From the IMG/VR virus record IMGVR_UViG_3300045988_053137, positions 1-57,070 of that record: a DNA stretch of 57,070 nt; one strand, 5' to 3'. This DNA comes from a virus. The notes below the pieces were generated by a model. The model was given only the letters and a program-made list of their open reading frames with translations. It was not told where the DNA came from and ran no database searches. The position numbers and the translations under genes were made by a program. Of this stretch, positions 51,349-57,070 are shown piece by piece (the first letter of the stretch is position 1; each line of letters opens with the position of its first letter).

Positions 51349-52007
51349 CAAGAGAAGAAACAGTTAAAATCATTCGCATTATGTGTGATTGCTACCCTAA
51401 CTACAAGCCTAACAACTTATCCGAAACAGTAGATGTGTGGAATATGATGTTGGAAAATTACAGTTATGAACAAGTATCAGTCGCACTTAAAGCATACATC
51501 AACTCTAATACAAGCGGATTTGCTCCAAGCATAGGACAGCTGATAGGTAAAATACAGACTATATCACAGCCACAGGAACTTGACGAAATGGCAGCTTGGG
51601 GGTTGGTTAGTAAGGCGTTACGGAATGGCACATATGGGGCAGTTGAAGAATTTAACAAGCTACCACCATTAGTCAGACAAGCGGTTGGCATGCCAGACAA
51701 CCTTAAAAACTGGGCGACATCAGATTATCAGACGATAGAAACAGTAATACAATCGAATTTCTTAAGAACTTACGAAACAGTTGTTAAGCGTGCGAATGAA
51801 ATAAATCGTATGCCGGACAATATTAAATCACTTATCGAAAAGACGAATGCAAATTCGTATAAGGCTCAAATCGAGCAAAAATTCCAAAGAGATATAAATA
51901 CATTACAAATTAAAGGAAATGCCCTTATTGGTCAAAATACAAACGCAGAAGAGTATATTGAAGCACCTAAAGAAGTACAAGATAGAATTGACAGAATGAG
52001 AGGTTGA
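51345..52007 (+). CDS. G39P-like helicase loader/inhibitor
   Basis: TTG start with a GGAGGT SD; IIRIMCDCYPNYKP...VDVWNMML...FAPSIGQLI pattern. Confidence 0.6.
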   Translation: MTREETVKIIRIMCDCYPNYKPNNLSETVDVWNMMLENYSYEQVSVALKAYINSNTSGFAPSIGQLIGKIQTISQPQELDEMAAWGLVSKALRNGTYGAVEEFNKLPPLVRQAVGMPDNLKNWATSDYQTIETVIQSNFLRTYETVVKRANEINRMPDNIKSLIEKTNANSYKAQIEQKFQRDINTLQIKGNALIGQNTNAEEYIEAPKEVQDRIDRMRG

Positions 52008-52013
52008 TTTTTA

Positions 52014-52658
52014 GTGGAAACAACGCCAATTAGTCCACAGAAGAAATTATATAATTATCGCCGAGATAATGGATTGTGTCCTAAATGTGGCAAGCCACTT
52101 GATAGAAAAGGCTTTTATTGCGAAGAATGTAAAGAAAAGCATACAGCTTATCAAAGAGAAACTAGAGAATTATGTAGATGGCTTAGGATATGTCCGGAAT
52201 GCCGTAAAAATAAGCTTGCAGGCGAAGAAAAGATATGCCTGGAATGTTTAGCTAAGAAAGCAGAATACAGAGCCAGTCACCCAATAAGTGATGATAAGCG
52301 AAGACAAAACAACGAAGCGTTTAAACGGTATTCAAGAAACTTATACGCTGAACGCAAGAAAACCGGCACATGTGTTAGATGTGGAAAGGCTAAAGCTGTT
52401 AAGGGTAAAGCGAAGTGTTTTGCATGTCAGAGCAAAGATAATGCTATCCACAGAAAAAGAATTGAAAATAGGCAGAATATAAAAGAATATCGCAAAGAAA
52501 ATTACTTGTGCTATCGTTGTGGAGAACCTATTGACAGACCGCAAGGACAGTTGTGTCAGAAATGCTGGCAGACAGACTATGAAAGGGGTAAAAGCCTTAA
52601 GAATGATAATAGCAAGCATTTATGGCGGTATGATAATCAATTTTTAAGAAAGCGGTGA
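52014..52658 (+). CDS. Multi-CxxC zinc-ribbon protein
   Basis: At least six CxxC pairs (CPKCG, CEEC, CPEC, CLEC, CVRCG, CFAC, CYRCG, CQKC). Confidence 0.6.
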   Translation: METTPISPQKKLYNYRRDNGLCPKCGKPLDRKGFYCEECKEKHTAYQRETRELCRWLRICPECRKNKLAGEEKICLECLAKKAEYRASHPISDDKRRQNNEAFKRYSRNLYAERKKTGTCVRCGKAKAVKGKAKCFACQSKDNAIHRKRIENRQNIKEYRKENYLCYRCGEPIDRPQGQLCQKCWQTDYERGKSLKNDNSKHLWRYDNQFLRKR

Positions 52659-52662
52659 ACGA

Positions 52663-52833
52663 ATGGAAGAAGAGAAAGATGAAATTATGCAAAGAATACA
52701 AGAATTAGAGTACTCAATGCATATCCACACTATAATTCTGAAAGAAATGCAAAAAGTTTTAGAAGAAAATGCTCAAAACCAAGTTTCAGTACAAAAAATA
52801 ATAAAGAAAATTGTCAAAATACTTGATAAATAA
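52663..52833 (+). CDS. Hypothetical 56-aa coiled protein
   Basis: Below the track cutoff; fills an intergenic gap. Confidence 0.45.
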   Translation: MEEEKDEIMQRIQELEYSMHIHTIILKEMQKVLEENAQNQVSVQKIIKKIVKILDK

Positions 52834-52842
52834 GGAGTATGT

Positions 52843-53121
52843 ATGAGTAAGTCAGAACAGAAAAAGTTTAAGGAACAAATGTTACGTGTTCAGATGAATA
52901 GAATTAGCAATGAACAGCAGAAGAAAAATTTTGAATCGGCATTAATATTAATTTTATGGGTGCTACACGATAAGTTTGGTTTCGGACAGCAGAGATTAAC
53001 AAAAGTACAAAAAGAGCTTAAAGTACTTATAGATAACTACAATGACGGATTATTCACAGCAGAGGAGCTTGTTAATCAGTTATACGAAGAAACAGGAATA
53101 GAACATATTAAGTTTAAATAA
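52843..53121 (+). CDS. Hypothetical protein
   Basis: AAGGAG SD. Confidence 0.6.
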   Translation: MSKSEQKKFKEQMLRVQMNRISNEQQKKNFESALILILWVLHDKFGFGQQRLTKVQKELKVLIDNYNDGLFTAEELVNQLYEETGIEHIKFK

Positions 53122-53133
53122 GGAGATTGGCTT

Positions 53134-53346
53134 ATGAAGTTTTCAGAACTGACTAAGCCGGAACTTGATGAGATAATTAAAAATGCCAATTTTACAGAAG
53201 AAGAATTGAGAATATTCAAGTTACTATCACAAGGCAGAAGCATTACAGAAATTGCTATGCGGCTGTCCGTGTGTGATAGAACAGTCAATCGCAAGATAAA
53301 CAAAATTAAAAAGAAAATAAGTAAGTTGGAGGTTATAAATGATTAG
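53134..53346 (+). CDS. Sigma-70 region-4 / LuxR-type HTH regulator
   Basis: FTEEELRIFKLLSQGRSITEIAMRLSVCDRTVNRKINKIKKK. Confidence 0.65.
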   Translation: MKFSELTKPELDEIIKNANFTEEELRIFKLLSQGRSITEIAMRLSVCDRTVNRKINKIKKKISKLEVIND

Positions 53347-53440
53347 GGTTACTCAAAATGGCGAAGACGTAAAAACAGAAAACATAACTCTTTCAGACAG
53401 CTTACTAAAGATAATTGCAGAGATAATTGACAACAAGTAA
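53339..53440 (+). CDS. Possible 33-aa protein
   Basis: GGAGGT 5 nt upstream. Confidence 0.4.
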   Translation: MIRVTQNGEDVKTENITLSDSLLKIIAEIIDNK

Positions 53441-53463
53441 ATATGTGTTACAATGTGCCGTAG

Positions 53464-53481
53464 AACGTGATAAATGCGGCA
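53464..53481. repeat. Left copy of an 18-bp inverted repeat flanking the integrase gene
   Basis: AACGTGATAAATGCGGCA; its reverse complement occurs at 54917..54934 with one mismatch. Confidence 0.85.
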
Positions 53482-53512
53482 CATTTATTTATATTATAAG
53501 GAGATAAAATAT

Positions 53513-54874
53513 ATGGAATGTGTTGCTTATATGAGAGTATCTACTGAAAAACAGGCTGTTGAGGGCAATGGACTTGATAGCCAAAAAAGAGACATTGAAA
53601 ATTATTGTAGGAAAAATGAGCTTGTAATAACAGATTGGTATATTGACGATGGTTACACAGGTACAAATATGGATAGACCGGAACTTCAAAGACTTGTGAA
53701 TGATTGTAGCCGCAAAAGAGTAAGTTGTGTTGTTGCTTTTAAGCTTGACCGATTATCAAGAAATATGATTGACGGAATATATCTAATTGAAAAAGTATTT
53801 CAAAAATATAATGTTGTGTTTAAATGTGTACACGATAGTGTGAATTATGACAGTCCGATGGAGCAGGCATACACACAGATGATGGCTGTTTTTGCGCAGC
53901 TTGATAAAAATACTATGATGTTGCGTATGCGTGGCGGTATGCTTGAAAGAATTAAGCAGGGTTACTGGATGGGTGGTGGCAATTTGCCGTATTGTTATTC
54001 CTACAGTAAGGAGCAAGGCATATTAATACCTATCCCGGAACGTGCAGAACAGGCAAGAAAAGGTCTTGAATTGTTCATATCTGGCTATTCAGATGCGAAA
54101 ATTAAAGGAATTTGTGGCTTTAAGTCTGAACTTGTTACTAGAAGCATTTTGACCGGCGTTGTAAATATCGGAATGATACCTTACAAAGGCAAAATATATC
54201 AAGGAAAACACGAACCTGTTTTTGATAAAGATAGGTTTAATCTTGGATTAGAACTAAGAAAGTCAAGGTGTTCAGCAAAAACTTACTGCATAACCGAACC
54301 TAATTTACTGACCGGATTATGTTATTGTGGCATTTGCGGCTGCAAAATGCGTTATCAAAAATGGGGTAGTGAAAAGCACAAGATTTATTGCTGTTCAAGA
54401 AATAAATCACTTTCATATCTGCCCAATTATAATGCAAGCTGTAATAATTCACTTGAATGGGCGGACGAGATAGAAAAGCAAGTAGAAGAAGAAATCCTTA
54501 AAATATCACTTGATTTATCATCTTACAAGCCAAAAGAAAAGGCGACAAAACTTGAAATTATGCAATCACAGCTTGAAAAAGAGCAGATTAAACTAAAAAG
54601 ATTATACAATCTGTATGCTGACGGAAACGATACTGTCTTAGAAATGATTAAAGAACTGGAAGCACAGATTAAAGAAATGAAATTAAACATTACTGCTGAA
54701 AGCAAAAACGCAATCAATACGCAGAAAAAGGAATTTGTTTATGAGAACATAAAAAAACTTGCCGACATTTGGGATAAGGTCGACAAGAAACAAAAGAACT
54801 TGATACTAAAGACTATAATTGACAAGATAGTAATTGTCAATGGAAATATTGAAATACAGCTTAAGAATTTTTAG
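53513..54874 (+). CDS. int: Large serine recombinase (integrase)
   Basis: MECVAYMRVSTEKQ...DSQ...DDGYTGTNMDRPELQRL...KLDRLSRN; Cys-rich zinc ribbon and C-terminal coiled coil. Confidence 0.9.
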   Translation: MECVAYMRVSTEKQAVEGNGLDSQKRDIENYCRKNELVITDWYIDDGYTGTNMDRPELQRLVNDCSRKRVSCVVAFKLDRLSRNMIDGIYLIEKVFQKYNVVFKCVHDSVNYDSPMEQAYTQMMAVFAQLDKNTMMLRMRGGMLERIKQGYWMGGGNLPYCYSYSKEQGILIPIPERAEQARKGLELFISGYSDAKIKGICGFKSELVTRSILTGVVNIGMIPYKGKIYQGKHEPVFDKDRFNLGLELRKSRCSAKTYCITEPNLLTGLCYCGICGCKMRYQKWGSEKHKIYCCSRNKSLSYLPNYNASCNNSLEWADEIEKQVEEEILKISLDLSSYKPKEKATKLEIMQSQLEKEQIKLKRLYNLYADGNDTVLEMIKELEAQIKEMKLNITAESKNAINTQKKEFVYENIKKLADIWDKVDKKQKNLILKTIIDKIVIVNGNIEIQLKNF

Positions 54875-54916
54875 CACAAACTTAATGCAGTTCCTATAGC
54901 ATATAGGAAGTGCTAA

Positions 54917-54934
54917 TGCCGCATTTATCGCGTT
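54917..54934. repeat. Right copy of the integrase-flanking inverted repeat
   Basis: TGCCGCATTTATCGCGTT. Confidence 0.85.
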
Positions 54935-55048
54935 TTACAATTATATAATTTCAGCATTGTCGCTTATATGTCGCACATATGTCTATTATGTGTCGCTATA
55001 AGTGATTTTTTTTATGCAAAAATATAATCAGAAAGAGAGGTAATGTGT

Positions 55049-55201
55049 ATGTTTTCTGATGAAGTTAGAGAAAAAATCTTAAGCAAAGAAGAATTACAAA
55101 AACTTGACTTAGTGACATTATCTCTTGTTATCCACGCAATCGAGGAAGTTTTAGAGGAGGCAGACAATGAACAATCCTTATCAGCAACCGATTATGAGTA
55201 A
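55049..55201 (+). CDS. Possible 50-aa protein
   Basis: AGAGAGG SD; overlaps the next gene by 35 nt. Confidence 0.35.
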   Translation: MFSDEVREKILSKEELQKLDLVTLSLVIHAIEEVLEEADNEQSLSATDYE

Positions 55202-55688
55202 TTATGTACCTCAATATGCAGCATATCAATATAATCCTATGGCAAATATACAGAGATTTCAGCCGCAGGAACAGATACAACCACAAATCCAACAACCTAT
55301 GCCACAGCAGATAGCAGGCATTAACGGAAGAATTGTACAGGCGGTCGAAAATATTAATGCAAATGAAGTACCTATGGATGGCTCAATGGCATTTTTCCCT
55401 AAGCAGGATATGTCGGAAATTTATGTTAAGGGTTGGAATGCTGACGGAACAATTAAGACGGTTGTGTATAAGCCTTATACAGCCCCTAAAGATAATCAGA
55501 CAGTAAATTCTATGGCTAATACAGAAAACGCTAAATTTACCCTATCAGACGAAAGCACACAGCTATTTCTGAATAAGTTTGAGGAATTATCGGAGAAAAT
55601 AGGGCAGTTGGAAAATAGATTTGATAAATCTTTAGGAACACAGAGAAAAACATCAAGAACTCAAAGTAAGGGCGGTGATGAAGAATGA
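55167..55688 (+). CDS. Protein with a Gln/Pro/Tyr-rich N-terminus (moron)
   Basis: GAGGAGG SD; NNPYQQPIMSNYVPQYAAYQYNP...QPQEQIQPQIQQPMPQQ. Confidence 0.7.
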   Translation: MNNPYQQPIMSNYVPQYAAYQYNPMANIQRFQPQEQIQPQIQQPMPQQIAGINGRIVQAVENINANEVPMDGSMAFFPKQDMSEIYVKGWNADGTIKTVVYKPYTAPKDNQTVNSMANTENAKFTLSDESTQLFLNKFEELSEKIGQLENRFDKSLGTQRKTSRTQSKGGDEE

Positions 55689-55912
55689 ATCAGCAGTTAA
55701 TTCAAACTATAAATCAACTTAAGTCAATTCGGAATCCACAGCAAATGGCAATGAATTGTTTACAACAGTCGGCACAGCGTGGAAATCCTATGGCAAAAAA
55801 CTTGCTTAATCAGATAAACAGTGGAAACACGCAAGGCGCAGAGCAAATTTTAAGTAATTTTATGAATACACAAGGAATAAACCTTAATGATATTAAGGGT
55901 ATGATGAATTAG
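55685..55912 (+). CDS. Hypothetical Gln/Asn-rich 75-aa protein
   Basis: ATGA-coupled. Confidence 0.6.
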   Translation: MNQQLIQTINQLKSIRNPQQMAMNCLQQSAQRGNPMAKNLLNQINSGNTQGAEQILSNFMNTQGINLNDIKGMMN

Positions 55913-55983
55913 GACATTTTGGGTTGTGCGCACATAATGACCGGTTATCCCATTTGTTAATAAAATAAATGGAGGTAAACAAG

Positions 55984-56754
55984 ATGTTTAATTCAAACGG
56001 AGTTAGTCTCGCAGATATTGCCGCAGTAACAGGCAATAATCGTAATAACGATGGTATGTGGGGCGATGGTGCATGGTGGATTGTAATTCTCTTAATCTTT
56101 GGCTGGGGCAATAACGGCTGGGGCGGTTTCGGTGGAAATGGCAACGGCGCAGGCTACACTGATTCAGCTATACAAAGAGGTTTTGACAATCAGGCAGTTA
56201 TCAGCAAGTTAGATGGCATTTCTAACGGACTTTGTGACGGCTTCTATGCTATGAACAATAGTATGCTCACAGGTTTCAATGGTATTAACACAAATATCAT
56301 GCAGACCGGATTCGGTATCCAGCAAGCTATTAACGCTGATACAGTCGCTAATATGCAGAATACAAACGCATTACAGGCACAGCTTGCTAACTGTTGCTGT
56401 GAGACAAGAGAAGCTATTCAAGGCGTAAACTACAACATGGCAACTAACACTTGTGCTTTACAGAACACAATGTGCAACAACACAAGAGATATTATCGACA
56501 GCCAGCAGGCAGGAACGAGAGCTATCCTTGATTTCTTAACAAATGATAAGATAGCAACACTTACAGCAGAGAACAACGATTTACGCAGAGCCGCATCACA
56601 GGATAGACAGAACGCACTTCTTACAACTCAGATGGCAGCTCAGACACAGCAGATTATCAACTCTGTAAATCCTACGGCTATTCCAGCTTATGTTGTGCCT
56701 AATCCTAATGCTTATGCTTATGGATGTGGTTGCAATACAGGATGCGGCTGCTAA
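55984..56754 (+). CDS. Gly/Asn/Trp-rich membrane-associated protein with Cys clusters
   Basis: GGAGGT SD; WWIVILLIFGWGNNGWGGFGGNGNG, CCC, C-terminal YGCGCNTGCGC. Confidence 0.7.
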   Translation: MFNSNGVSLADIAAVTGNNRNNDGMWGDGAWWIVILLIFGWGNNGWGGFGGNGNGAGYTDSAIQRGFDNQAVISKLDGISNGLCDGFYAMNNSMLTGFNGINTNIMQTGFGIQQAINADTVANMQNTNALQAQLANCCCETREAIQGVNYNMATNTCALQNTMCNNTRDIIDSQQAGTRAILDFLTNDKIATLTAENNDLRRAASQDRQNALLTTQMAAQTQQIINSVNPTAIPAYVVPNPNAYAYGCGCNTGCGC

Positions 56755-56824
56755 AACTGAATAATTGAGTATCTTAATTGAGTTTAACTCGATTATGTCT
56801 GCTAAGCAGTATTACTTATAATCA

Positions 56825-56858
56825 AAGGGCAGACTATAATGTTTGCCCTTATTTTTTT
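56825..56858 (+). terminator. Rho-independent terminator
   Basis: AAGGGCA ... TGCCCTT then ATTTTTTT. Confidence 0.75.
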
Positions 56859-56876
56859 GAAAGAGAGGTAAAGATA

Positions 56877-57070
56877 ATGGAAATAACAGGAATTGCATTA
56901 CAAACAGTTGCCGCCGGAGAAGATGTTGCATTTACAGAAACACCGGTATGCGGTAGCAAATGTATAGTACACAGACAGGGAAGCGGAATTATCAAGCTAA
57001 GAGGTATCACAAATCAGTGCAAGGCTAGATTTTTGGTATCGTATTCCGGCAACATTCAGATTCCGACAGG
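56877..57070 (+). CDS. 5' part of the BclA-CTD/C1q-like protein gene (continues at nt 142..367 of the window)
   Basis: AGAGAGG SD, ATG 56877; runs into the terminal repeat in frame. Confidence 0.6.
   Translation, partial: MEITGIALQTVAAGEDVAFTETPVCGSKCIVHRQGSGIIKLRGITNQCKARFLVSYSGNIQIPT
56930..57070. repeat. Second copy of the terminal direct repeat
   Basis: Identical to nt 1..141. Confidence 0.95.

Noticed and set aside
1-57070. Diversity-generating retroelement, retron, or a toxin-antitoxin/defence island with known hallmark domains
   Set aside because: No reverse-transcriptase-like ORF was seen, no template/variable repeat pair was noticed near the fibre genes, and no recognisable defence hallmark domains were found. 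Absence is judged by eye only.

Overview
The window is a complete, circularly closed genome (unit about 56,929 bp; nt 1-141 repeat nt 56930-57070) of a temperate siphovirus-like phage or prophage. The host is probably a low-GC Bacillota, Clostridia-like. All calls come from reading the sequence and ORF track by eye; no searches were run.

Layout, in window order:
- Accessory (moron) genes wrapping the window ends (55049..57070 and 1..2342), including an orphan Cas5-like gene.
- A roughly 900-nt mostly non-coding tract (2343..3307).
- A small minus-strand operon with a divergent HTH gene (3046..5144).
- terS (5508).
- An inserted block: MazG, tRNA-Gln, a structured spacer, tRNA-Ser, a winged-helix initiator-like gene, HNH and small Zn-ribbon ORFs.
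- terL (11681), portal, scaffold, gpD-like decoration protein and gpE-like capsid protein.
- Connector genes with an embedded holin pair.
- Major tail protein, frameshifted chaperone and a tape-measure gene interrupted by a 339-nt group I-like intron.
- A membrane-protein moron cassette, then fibre genes ending in an S74-type chaperone domain, then a GH25 endolysin.
- A CI-like repressor with divergent promoters and operators.
- The early region: antirepressor, tandem-OB protein, SMC-like ATPase, RecT, MBL-fold hydrolase, SSB, GIY-YIG, two DNA methyltransferase-like genes, replisome organizer, G39P-like loader.
- A large serine integrase.

Most unusual observations:
1. A solitary Cas5-like RAMP gene with no other cas genes, followed by a repeat-rich non-coding tract. 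This is a candidate Cas-mimic anti-CRISPR.
2. Three acceptor/T-arm minihelix tRNA mimics. Two of them bracket a 58-codon ORF.
3. A 740-nt hairpin-dense non-coding tract interleaved with two tRNAs. This is a candidate large ornate RNA of the ROOL/GOLLD type.
4. The intron in the tape-measure gene.
5. A surface or spore-coat-like moron cluster next to the integrase.
6. 18-bp inverted repeats that bracket the integrase gene exactly.
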